Below are positions 1 to 7,908 of a stretch of DNA of 64,000 bases, piece after piece. The translations under genes and the position numbers were made by a program. Position 1 is the stretch's first letter; every line of letters starts with the position of its first letter. This DNA comes from a virus: positions 1 to 64,000 of IMG/VR virus record IMGVR_UViG_3300006931_000005. One strand, 5' to 3'. Under the pieces are notes generated by a model. It was not told the origin of the DNA, ran no database searches, and saw nothing but the letters and a program-made list of their open reading frames with translations.

Positions 1-771
1 AACCTTGAACGTCTCGCCATTGCGATGCCAGCCGGTTTCGCGCTTGCTGGTGATGAACCGGAAGGCGAGCTTGGCTTCAGCCAGCGGAACGGAAGCCCCC
101 TTGCTGGTTTCGAGGATCGTTTTTTCGCTCGGCGAACACGCGCCGGTTTCATCCGGGATCAGACTCGCTTTTGCACGCAAGTAAACCTTGGTGATGTGAT
201 GCGGAATCGTCACCAGCTTGTCACCAGCCAGCCAAAGCCGGATCGCGTCAGCCGCTTCAGCTTCCTGCCGGGCTTGCTTGGCCGCAGCCGCCTTGCGTTC
301 ACGGGCCGCAGATGCCGCCGCCTTCGCCTTCAACGCGACCAGATCGGTCTCGCCCGGCACCGCGAAGCGCGTGACGAAACCGAAGTGCTGCGCGAATTCG
401 TTCGCCTCATCGACCAGCCGCGTCAGGCATTGCAGCGCAAAATCCGGGTTGCGGGCACGGGCCGCAGTCAGGGCCGCTTCCTTGATCCGTTCGCGGTACT
501 CGGCCAGATGATCCTTGCCCGGCCCCTTCAAAACGTCCGCGACGGTGAACACCTTGAGATGATGGCAGGCGCTCCGCGTGATGCTGATATGCCGCGCCGT
601 TGAACTGCTGTACCCCTTCGTGGTGAACAGCACCGCGCCAAGGTAATGCCGGGCAATCGGGAAGTGATGGCCGTAAGAGTAGATTGTGTCGCCGTTGAAA
701 TAGAAGCTGCTTCCTTTTGCTTCTGCCCGTGATTTGTTCGCCCAAAGATGGGCTACCTGTTCATTGTTCAT
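1..771 (-). CDS. Early phage hypothetical protein, runs off the left edge (MNNEQVAHLWANKSRAEAKGSSFYFNGDTIYSYGHHFPIARH...)
   Basis: Translated by hand; not in the ORF track because it has no stop in the window. ATG at 771 is preceded by AAAGGAAATCGA, the same leader as the next two genes. Confidence 0.8.
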   Translation of the reverse strand, partial: MNNEQVAHLWANKSRAEAKGSSFYFNGDTIYSYGHHFPIARHYLGAVLFTTKGYSSSTARHISITRSACHHLKVFTVADVLKGPGKDHLAEYRERIKEAALTAARARNPDFALQCLTRLVDEANEFAQHFGFVTRFAVPGETDLVALKAKAAASAARERKAAAAKQARQEAEAADAIRLWLAGDKLVTIPHHITKVYLRAKASLIPDETGACSPSEKTILETSKGASVPLAEAKLAFRFITSKRETGWHRNGETFKV

Positions 772-789
772 TCGATTTCCTTTGTTTTT

Positions 790-850
790 TGAAGCGTAAT
801 TGCTTCAGCCCGGCCACCGGTTTTTACCGGTGCCGGGATGAAACCATCAC
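790..850 (-). ncRNA. Long imperfect intergenic hairpin, possible RNase III-type processing site
   Basis: Minus strand GTGATGGTTTCA-T-CCCGGC-ACCGGT-AAAA-ACCGGT-G-GCCGGG-C-TGAAGCAATTAC; alternative hairpin TGAAGC-N6-GCTTCA. Confidence 0.55.
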
Positions 851-1404
851 GGGCAGGCCGCAGCAATCAGCGTTTCGGCCACGAGCTTTTTGTGCTCCTC
901 GATTGAATACCGCGCATGATCCTCCGCCTCCCCAGCCATGTATTTTTCGCCCTCGTCATCACCCTCAAATCCCCAGCATGAATCCCCTTCGATTGTCCCG
1001 CCGTCCGGGGTTTCAATCGTCGTGGTGTAGCCCAGCCAGTGCCAGTCATTGTTACACCAGCCCCGGCAGTATTCAAAATCGCGCTCGACCGCCTCCGCCG
1101 TGATTTCCTTCACCGTTGGCGTGCGGCCCAGCTTTGCGGCCAGCTTTGCCTTCGCTTCTTCGCCCAGCCCCCAGCCTTCCGCCTTGGCCTTCTTGATCGT
1201 GGCCGGGATGTCATAAAACCGGCTGCTGCTCCGGTCTGAAGTCAGAACACGTTCACCGGCCCGCTTGTCGCGCCGTTCCCAGCCCGTCACAATGCCGTGG
1301 CCATCGTGCTCCTCCCATGGGGCACCCATGAAAGGATCGTGATAGATTGAGATTCTGGCGGTGTAGCCGTCCAGCTCGAATGATTTTGTTTTAATTGCTT
1401 CCAT
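847..1404 (-). CDS. Early phage hypothetical protein (MEAIKTKSFELDG..., DSCWGF motif)
   Basis: ORF 847..1491; start moved to ATG 1404, which follows AAAAAGGAAATCT. Confidence 0.8.
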   Translation of the reverse strand: MEAIKTKSFELDGYTARISIYHDPFMGAPWEEHDGHGIVTGWERRDKRAGERVLTSDRSSSRFYDIPATIKKAKAEGWGLGEEAKAKLAAKLGRTPTVKEITAEAVERDFEYCRGWCNNDWHWLGYTTTIETPDGGTIEGDSCWGFEGDDEGEKYMAGEAEDHARYSIEEHKKLVAETLIAAACP

Positions 1405-1429
1405 AGATTTCCTTTTTGTTCTGGCGAGT

Positions 1430-1486
1430 TGAGTCTCATCAGCAGCCGCAAAACGGCTGGACGGGCTCGCGCCCGTTTCGACTTCA
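1430..1486 (-). ncRNA. Hammerhead ribozyme, type II
   Basis: Minus strand TGAAGTC-GAAA-CGGGC-GCGA-GCCCG-TC^-CAGCCG-TTTTG-CGGCTG-CTGATGA-GACTCA: intact CUGAUGA and GAAA core, GUC cleavage triplet, stems I and III closed, stem II formed by the two ends. Confidence 0.93.
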
Positions 1487-2062
1487 GCCATAAATCACTT
1501 CACCAAGGCAGGCCAGTTGCGCGAAGGCGTCAAAGCTGGTGGCGTCCGACTGGCCCAGCCAGTCGTCCCATCTTTCCCAGTCGGCGGACAGCGGGGGCGG
1601 GGTGCAGCCCTTCGGCCATTTGTCCGTGAACATCAGCGGGAATGCGGCCAGCAGCTTGGCCTTGTCCAGCTCGTAATCCTTGCCCTCCTCGTCGTCGGTG
1701 AACGAGAATTCAAACGCCTTGTAGCGCCAGCCGTGGCAACGGAGCGCGCAACCGTTGGAAGCTTCAGGAAAGTTTTCCATGATGCCGCCGATAATACGCT
1801 CCACCATTTCCAGCGGAATTTCGACGGCCAGCTTCAGCGCACCACTTTTAGCGGCTGGCGCATCATTCACGGGCTCCCATGTCACGCTGAAAACCCATTT
1901 TGCATTTGCCACGGTAGCGGCTTGATGGAAGCAATGCTCAACATGAAGATCACCCGCACCACCCTCGCTGAATTTCAAAAGGGCTTCATCCAATGTGGTA
2001 GCAAAGCAGGTACGAAGCACGCGGACTGAATCCGCCAGTTTGTAATGGTATTTTTCACTCAT
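1484..2062 (-). CDS. Early phage hypothetical protein (C-terminal DA..FDAFAQLACLGEVIYG motif)
   Basis: 192-aa ORF with AAAGGAAATCT-ATG leader. Confidence 0.85.
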   Translation of the reverse strand: MSEKYHYKLADSVRVLRTCFATTLDEALLKFSEGGAGDLHVEHCFHQAATVANAKWVFSVTWEPVNDAPAAKSGALKLAVEIPLEMVERIIGGIMENFPEASNGCALRCHGWRYKAFEFSFTDDEEGKDYELDKAKLLAAFPLMFTDKWPKGCTPPPLSADWERWDDWLGQSDATSFDAFAQLACLGEVIYG

Positions 2063-2074
2063 AGATTTCCTTTG

Positions 2075-2340
2075 TAGTTTTGACTCACCTTGTTGCCAGA
2101 CTTGTCACTGGACGGGTTGAGACATTCAACGCCGTGTAGGTTTAAAACTTGGCTTTTCAATCGGTTGCCGGGCAAGGCGTTTAATCCTCATCCATGTCCC
2201 CGTCGTTCTGACGGGTTGACCGCCCGGTTGCGTCACCTGACCTGATACCGGGATCAAACTGCTTACCAGTTGCACCGTTTCTACGCTCGGCAGCGGGCTG
2301 AATCTTTTTCGTCCCGGCCATCGGGACTAACCTTACGGTG
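2075..2340 (-). ncRNA. Structured 5' leader or ncRNA of the early operon
   Basis: No ORF in about 270 nt; many hairpins (GTCCCG/CGGGAC, CACCGT/ACGGTG, AACTG/CAGTT, CCCGGT/ACCGGG, CCCGTC/GACGGG, GTTGA/TCAAC). Confidence 0.5.
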
Positions 2341-2345
2341 ATACC

Positions 2346-2373
2346 AATTTAACAGATCGTGTTAAACTGTCAA
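2346..2373 (-). promoter_or_regulatory. Sigma70-type early promoter overlapped by an inverted repeat
   Basis: TTGACA-N16-TAAATT with TGn extension; TTTAACA-N5-TGTTAAA at 2348-2366. Confidence 0.7.
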
Positions 2374-2380
2374 CACCTAT

Positions 2381-2398
2381 TTTGACAAAGTTGTCAAA
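2381..2398. promoter_or_regulatory. Palindromic operator TTGACA-N4-TGTCAA, copy 1
   Basis: TTTGACAAAGTTGTCAAA; same core at 4600-4615. Confidence 0.6.
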
Positions 2399-2587
2399 GC
2401 TGTTTGAGGCAATAGGGACGGGCTGGAAGCGTGCCCGCAGTCATCCCGGTGAAATTATCGGCGCGATTTTTTGAGGTAGGCGTCAGGCCATTCGCCCCAC
2501 TTTTTGAAAAACGCCCGTTCGTCCGCTTTGGTAGTCGGATCATTGGCCACCTTCAGGCGGATGCGTTGTTTGCAAGTAAGGCCGGAT

Positions 2588-3139
2588 TTATTGGTCGAGA
2601 GCGGTGTTTTCATTCGAGGCTGGCGAAGGGGTTGCGGGTTGCGAAATGCCGTCAACGATTTGAGCGGCGGTCACGTTGTTACCCTTGTTGAGCTGATCGC
2701 AGAAAGCTTTTTCGGTGGCTGATCCGGCTGACCATGTGAGTGATTCTTTGGGCGGTTTTGGCGCTGCTTTTTTCTTGGCTTTCCGCACCTTGGCCTGCGA
2801 TGCCCGCCAGCTTTCGCGGAGGGCTTCACGATCCTGCACACCCCGGTAATACGAGTAGCTGACGATCATCCAGCCCCAGTCGCGGCCAGCGTCCAGCGGG
2901 ATCAGCCGCCGCCCGTCGTGCTCTTTGTTCTGGGATCGCGGATCAGGCTTGCACAGTTGCTCGATGCCGAAACGGATTTTTTCCAGCGGTACATTTGCAC
3001 GCCGGGCGATGGCCTCCTGCGTCATGTTCACGGCTCCGGTTCTGTCTGCCATTTTGAGCAAGTCCTCGAACACATGGCGCACCTCGTAATTTTCAGCCAG
3101 TGAGGAGTCGAAAATCGCCGTGAAGATTTTTGCGTACAT
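2588..3139 (-). CDS. Replication-initiator-like protein, N-terminal domain only (paralog 1)
   Basis: YAKIF..IFDSSL...RHVFEDLLK...PDPRS...GRRL...RDWGW aligns with 5432..6193; C-terminal domain absent. Confidence 0.8.
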   Translation of the reverse strand: MYAKIFTAIFDSSLAENYEVRHVFEDLLKMADRTGAVNMTQEAIARRANVPLEKIRFGIEQLCKPDPRSQNKEHDGRRLIPLDAGRDWGWMIVSYSYYRGVQDREALRESWRASQAKVRKAKKKAAPKPPKESLTWSAGSATEKAFCDQLNKGNNVTAAQIVDGISQPATPSPASNENTALDQ

Positions 3140-3159
3140 AAGGCCGACATTACAGGCGA

Positions 3160-3345
3160 TTGTCGTGGGTGTCCATGACAATTTATGATGTCAAAAATGT
3201 CTGTCAAAAGTCCACAGAAGCAGATGCAGAGGCATTGCGTAGCATGACACGGTTTGACGGTGGCAGGATCGTCAGCCGGATCAGTGGTGAAGTCCATGAA
3301 TGGGACAGTGAAGATTTGAGTGGACGGATCGGACGTGTCAGCGCA
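3160..3345. repeat. Iteron-like array of TGTCA/TGACA/GTCCA/TGGAC pentamers with CAGAAGCAGATGCAGAGGCA
   Basis: Dense short direct and inverted repeats immediately upstream of paralog 1. Confidence 0.5.
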
Positions 3346-3358
3346 CATTTCTCGTTAA

Positions 3359-3697
3359 ATGGACGCTGAATTGGCCTACACTCGCGCTCGGTCATCCGAT
3401 GCCCGGCCTTTGATCGACGATTTACTGCTTGTCCATGATCCTCGGCGACTTGCGATGATGCTGGGGATCAAGCGGGCGGCACTTTCATGGAAGAAACACC
3501 CCGTCCCAGTGGCTCGTGCTGCGTTAATGCTTCACCTTATGACGTTTGCACCGGGTCAGAAGGTCTCGCTGTTCGACATTCTTACGGGGTGCCGGTATAA
3601 GATCGGATCATCTTGTGGCATGGCCAAGCCCCAGATCGGCAGGCCGGACGTTACATTTAATGCCACAGATGTTGCAACCCCTTGCAAATCAGGGTAA
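3359..3697 (+). CDS. Hypothetical protein, possibly HTH-like
   Basis: 112-aa ORF; RRLAMMLGIKRAALSW is weakly HTH-like. Confidence 0.4.
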   Translation: MDAELAYTRARSSDARPLIDDLLLVHDPRRLAMMLGIKRAALSWKKHPVPVARAALMLHLMTFAPGQKVSLFDILTGCRYKIGSSCGMAKPQIGRPDVTFNATDVATPCKSG

Positions 3698-3779
3698 ACG
3701 CCTTGTGGTCGGCAGTGAATATATGAACGATTGTGCATCTTTAATTCAAATCGGGACACTGGCTGGACGGCAGGCCGGG

Positions 3780-3980
3780 AGGGGGATTTTGGGGGTGCCG
3801 GGGGTCGTCAGATTTCAACGTATAGGGTGCTGCGGTCTATGTCGTCCCTTCAAAAAAAACGCAACGATCCCACCAGCCAGCGCGATTCACCTTGCACCCT
3901 CTGCGTCGTCAGGGTGTGCAACGTGCAGAAAAACGGAAAAGGGCTGGGCCGTCGAATTTCCGAAAAACTGAAAATTTTTC
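3780..3980. other. Possible packaging or genome-terminus region
   Basis: No convincing gene; G-runs (GGGGGTGCCGGGGGT) followed by A/T tracts, near the strand switch. Confidence 0.3.
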
Positions 3981-4131
3981 TCGCGCCTGCGGCGATGATC
4001 GCGGAGAGTGCGGTCATGCTTCAGCGCGTACCACGAAACCGGGTGCCTTACCACCAGCTCGATACGCACGTCCACATGAAGCCCCTGCTCAACTCGAAGG
4101 CCACCATCCGAAAAACGTCGGTCAAGAAACC

Positions 4132-4599
4132 ATGAGTCAGGATGTCATCGGCGGAATCTCTGTCATCCAGCGCAGCCGCTTCTGGTCGCAAGCGCCGATC
4201 TACCGTGTCTCCCACATCCTGCACCACGCGGACGGTCGCCGGGGCACGATCTGCCTGTGCATGACCGAGGGGCCGACGGAGCCGCCCGGTGTGGCGGAGA
4301 TCGCGGGCGAACCGGTCTGGCAGTTCATCAAGGGCTTGCCCGGCCATGGCTGGATCGCGTGCCATCCGAGCGTCCGGCAGTTCGTGACCGTCGAGGGCGT
4401 GCAGCGTGATCTGTTTCACAATGCCTACGACTGGCAGGTTCAGTACGTCGAGATGCGGTGGCAGGAGCCGGACATCGGCCAGCAGCCATGCCAGATCGAG
4501 CGGTACGATGTGCTGCTGACGCTGAACAACCCGGAGTTGTCGGACGCGGAGCGGGCCGCGAAGTTCGCCGAATTCAGGCAGCACGGCGTCATTTACTGA
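4132..4599 (+). CDS. Hypothetical protein
   Basis: ATG 4132 (MSQDVIGG...) within ORF 3892..4599; genome-typical codon usage. Confidence 0.7.
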   Translation: MSQDVIGGISVIQRSRFWSQAPIYRVSHILHHADGRRGTICLCMTEGPTEPPGVAEIAGEPVWQFIKGLPGHGWIACHPSVRQFVTVEGVQRDLFHNAYDWQVQYVEMRWQEPDIGQQPCQIERYDVLLTLNNPELSDAERAAKFAEFRQHGVIY

Positions 4600-4627
4600 T
4601 TGACAAATCTGTCAAACATGGCAGGGT
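4600..4627 (+). promoter_or_regulatory. Palindromic operator copy 2, overlapping a -35 box
   Basis: TTGACAAATCTGTCAA; weak -10 CAGGGT; ATG 6 nt downstream. Confidence 0.55.
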
Positions 4628-4633
4628 CGGTGA

Positions 4634-4885
4634 ATGATACGAACCGTATTTGAATCCGTCCTTGGCGTGGTCATTTTAATTCTGGCCCTGAACATCTACC
4701 TTGAAAAGCGGCATCATGTGCAGCCCGGCCCGCATTGGCACGTCGAATTGGACTGCCGGTATCATACCCATTCTTGGGTGGCGGACGCGGAGCCGACGTA
4801 TGACCAGCAGGCGCATCTCCTGCGGTTCAGCGTTGATGGCGTGCCCACGCTCGTCCAAGGCGATGTCGTGATTACCTACAAATAA
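4634..4885 (+). CDS. Small membrane-anchored protein
   Basis: N-terminal hydrophobic helix. Confidence 0.65.
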   Translation: MIRTVFESVLGVVILILALNIYLEKRHHVQPGPHWHVELDCRYHTHSWVADAEPTYDQQAHLLRFSVDGVPTLVQGDVVITYK

Positions 4886-4886
4886 C

Positions 4887-5132
4887 ATGAAACTTTTCCT
4901 CACCCCCGGCTGGAACGGGACATACGAGCCGACGACCCTGCTGATGATTCTCATCCTGCTAGTCCCGGCCTGCACCCTCCTGTTTATTGTGCTCCTGTGG
5001 CTCGACCAGAACAACAAGGTGCCATGGCTCTGCTGCCCGCTGTTTCACCGCAGGCACCGTGTCCTCTGGCACTCGTCCGACGGCGACTTCATCAAGTGCT
5101 CGCGCTGCGGGCGCGTGGAAAACTGCCTGTGA
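4887..5132 (+). CDS. Small membrane protein with Cys/His zinc motif
   Basis: TM helix followed by CPLFH...CSRCG. Confidence 0.65.
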   Translation: MKLFLTPGWNGTYEPTTLLMILILLVPACTLLFIVLLWLDQNNKVPWLCCPLFHRRHRVLWHSSDGDFIKCSRCGRVENCL

Positions 5133-5133
5133 T

Positions 5134-5307
5134 ATGGCCAAGCGCAAGCCCTGCCGAAAATCCGGGAAAATCAAATTCCCGTCGCACGAGGCGGCGGCGA
5201 TCCGGGCGGGCGAAATCCTCGCCAAGCAGCCCGGTGGCGCGAGCTTCCTGCGGACGTACCTCTGCGGCTTCTGCGGCAAATGGCACCTGACTTCCCAGCC
5301 CGCGTAA
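5134..5307 (+). CDS. Small zinc-finger protein
   Basis: PC..SGKIKF...RTYLCGFCGKWHLTS motif. Confidence 0.75.
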   Translation: MAKRKPCRKSGKIKFPSHEAAAIRAGEILAKQPGGASFLRTYLCGFCGKWHLTSQPA

Positions 5308-5310
5308 TAC

Positions 5311-5390
5311 CAGAATCAGATACAACTTCAGAATCAGATACAGACTCAAGGTGCTAACGCACCATGTTACGGTGTGTTACAAGGTAACAT
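5311..5390. repeat. Origin/iteron-like repeats
   Basis: CAGAATCAGATACA x2 (5311, 5329); GTTAC x2 and GTAAC (5366-5388). Confidence 0.6.
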
Positions 5391-5431
5391 TTTAATTGAC
5401 AACCCGGACAACCAGCCCCATTATCAAAACC

Positions 5432-6193
5432 ATGAGCCAGCTATACGCCCGCGTCTTTCTCCAGATTCTTGATTCATCCATCTCCGAGGATTACACCATG
5501 CGCCACATCTTCGAGGACTTGCTGAAGCTGTGCGATCACCGTACCGGCGTGGTGGACATGACGCGGCAGGCGTTGAGCCGACGGCTGAACATCCCGCCCG
5601 ACGTGCTGGACGCCCAGCTTCAAAAGCTGGAGTCGCCCGATCCGAACAGCCGGGACGACGAGTTCGAGGGCCGTCGCATCGAGCGCCTTGACGAGCACCG
5701 CGACTGGGGCTGGCGGATTCTGAACTGGGCCAAGTACGATTCGATCCGGGTGAAGGCCGACCTGTCCATCCGGGTCGCCCGGCACCGCGAGAAAAAGGCG
5801 GCGGAGAATCCGTCGGAGAAATTCAAGAAGCCGACCGTCGAGGAGGTCAAGCTCTACGCTTCCGAGAAGGGGATGCCGATGTCGGAGGCGGAAAAGTTTT
5901 TCCATTACTACGAGGCGAACGGGTGGCGCGTCGGCAAGAACCCGATGAAGAACTGGCACTCGGCGGTCGCCAACTGGAAAAAGAATTTCGAGGAGCGCAA
6001 GTACGGCGGCGGATTGCCGCCCGCCGACAAGCCGGTGCGCGATCTGGATGTCTGGCATCTCGGCAGCGGCAAGTACAATCTCACCAACGGGCCGAAGCGC
6101 GAGCATTTTCCAAATCAGGCGGCGTTCGATTCGCATCTGCGGATGTGGCAATCGTGGCAGGCCAACCGGCTCCGCCAGAAGGAGGCGAAATAA
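5432..6193 (+). CDS. Phage replication initiator / replisome organiser (paralog 2, full length)
   Basis: N-domain as paralog 1, plus C-terminal FKKPTVEEV...AEKFFHYYEANGWRVGKNPMKNWHSAVANW; lies upstream of dnaB; TTGACA-N17-CATTAT promoter at 5396-5424. Confidence 0.85.
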   Translation: MSQLYARVFLQILDSSISEDYTMRHIFEDLLKLCDHRTGVVDMTRQALSRRLNIPPDVLDAQLQKLESPDPNSRDDEFEGRRIERLDEHRDWGWRILNWAKYDSIRVKADLSIRVARHREKKAAENPSEKFKKPTVEEVKLYASEKGMPMSEAEKFFHYYEANGWRVGKNPMKNWHSAVANWKKNFEERKYGGGLPPADKPVRDLDVWHLGSGKYNLTNGPKREHFPNQAAFDSHLRMWQSWQANRLRQKEAK

Positions 6194-6194
6194 A

Positions 6195-6404
6195 ATGCCC
6201 GAAGAAACGACCAAGGAAAAAATGTTGAGCTGGGCTGACAAGCTTTACTGCGATGCGAAATTTGTCCGGTCGCAGCTCGTGCAACTCGCTCCGCAGTACC
6301 GGCAGAAGGACGAATACAACCAAGAAGGTTTGTATCTCGAAAATATCAAGGTAACGCTACGCCTGCGCCGTGTGGTTTTACAACTGGCGGAACGATTAAA
6401 ATGA
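6195..6404 (+). CDS. Hypothetical protein
   Basis: Fills the gap between rep and dnaB, with ATGA overlap. Confidence 0.6.
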   Translation: MPEETTKEKMLSWADKLYCDAKFVRSQLVQLAPQYRQKDEYNQEGLYLENIKVTLRLRRVVLQLAERLK

Positions 6405-7882
6405 TCGACTCCGTATCAGAGCACGCGGGAGAGCCAGACTTCCGTGGATCACGTCGGCCAAAGACGTTGCAGGAGCGCGGTGCGGCCACGCTCGACCGGG
6501 TGCCGCCGCATGAGCTTCAGATGGAGATGGGCGTGCTGGGCTGCATCATGCTGTCCCCGCATGAATGCCTCAACGAGTGCATCACCAAGTTCAAAGAATT
6601 CGGCAAGGAGGTTTTTTACGACCTGCGCCATCAGGCGATCTACGAAACGATCCTGATCTTGTACGAGGCCCGGTTGCCCGTCGAACTGATCTCGGTGCAG
6701 CAGAATTTGAAAGACCGCCAGTTGCTCGAACAGGTCGGCGGCATCGCTTACATCTCGCAGATTCAGGACAGCGTTCCGAGCGCGGCCAACCTTGGCTACT
6801 ACATGGAGGTCATGCTGGAGAAGTTCATGCTGCGCCGGATGATCGAGACCTGCACGGGCGTCGTTGGCCGCATCTACCAGTACGAGGGCGAAGTGGATCA
6901 ACTGCTCGACGAGGTGGAAAAGGAAGTCCTGAAGGTCGGTGATATGCGGCGAAACACGGACGAGATGCCGACGGACAAACAGCTCGTCAACGAGGCGATC
7001 ACGCAGATCGAAACTTATTTCAACAAGAAGGGCGAGCTCACCGGGCTGGCCACCGGCTTCCCAGACCTTGACCGGATGACCGACGGGCTCGTTGAGGGCT
7101 TCTACGTCATCGCCGGTCGCCCGTCCACTGGGAAAACTTCGCTGGCGATGAACATCGCCGAGCACGTCGTCATTGAATTGAAGCAGCACGTCGGCGTGTT
7201 CAGCCTTGAGATGTCGGCGCAATCGCTGATGCTCCGCATGATGTGCAGCGTCAGCCGCGTGAACCTGCGGATGATCCGGGATGGCTTCATGTCCGAGGCG
7301 GATTTCCCGAAGCTGATGAACGCGGCGGGCAAGCTGGCGAAAGAGCTGCTGCACATCGACGCCACAGCCGGGCTCTCGATCATGCAGCTCCGCTCCCGCG
7401 CCCGCCGCATGAAGATGCGCTTTGGTATCAAGCTGCTCATCGTCGATTACCTTCAGCTCTTGAATTCCAGCAACCGCAAGGTCAAGAGCCGTCAGGAGGA
7501 GATCGCGGACATCAGCGCCGGGCTGAAGGCGCTCTCGAAGGAATTGCACATCCCGATCATCGCGCTGGCCCAGATGTCCCGCGATTTCGAGAAGAACAAC
7601 ACGGGCAAGAAAAAGCGGAAGCCGCGCATGAGCGATCTGCGCGAGTCCGGTGCCATCGAGCAGGACGCCGATCTAGTGGCGTTCCTTTTCAATCCGAACG
7701 CGACGGACGACGAGGATGAGATGGAAGCGCAGCAGGAAGCCGACGGCCTCGCCATCGACCTGCTGATCGCCAAGCAGCGTAACGGCCCGACTGGGACGGT
7801 GCATCTCACCTTCCTGAAACCGTACACGCGCTTCGAGAGCGCGGCAAAATTTAGCAACGACGATATTCCCGACGGTAAATAA
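6401..7882 (+). CDS. dnaB: Replicative DNA helicase
   Basis: PPH N-terminus, Walker A GRPSTGKT, FSLEM, VDYLQL, SDLRESGAIEQDAD, KQRNGPTG. Confidence 0.97.
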   Translation: MIDSVSEHAGEPDFRGSRRPKTLQERGAATLDRVPPHELQMEMGVLGCIMLSPHECLNECITKFKEFGKEVFYDLRHQAIYETILILYEARLPVELISVQQNLKDRQLLEQVGGIAYISQIQDSVPSAANLGYYMEVMLEKFMLRRMIETCTGVVGRIYQYEGEVDQLLDEVEKEVLKVGDMRRNTDEMPTDKQLVNEAITQIETYFNKKGELTGLATGFPDLDRMTDGLVEGFYVIAGRPSTGKTSLAMNIAEHVVIELKQHVGVFSLEMSAQSLMLRMMCSVSRVNLRMIRDGFMSEADFPKLMNAAGKLAKELLHIDATAGLSIMQLRSRARRMKMRFGIKLLIVDYLQLLNSSNRKVKSRQEEIADISAGLKALSKELHIPIIALAQMSRDFEKNNTGKKKRKPRMSDLRESGAIEQDADLVAFLFNPNATDDEDEMEAQQEADGLAIDLLIAKQRNGPTGTVHLTFLKPYTRFESAAKFSNDDIPDGK

Positions 7883-7908
7883 CAAACAACCAAGAAAGAA
7901 AAAATACT

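Noticed and set aside
25-745. ORF-track calls 25..603(+), 218..511(+) and 407..745(-)
   Set aside because: Shadows of the real minus-strand gene starting at 771, which has an RBS.
5311-5342. Direct repeat as a mini CRISPR array
   Set aside because: Only two 14-nt copies 4 nt apart; no spacers or cas genes.
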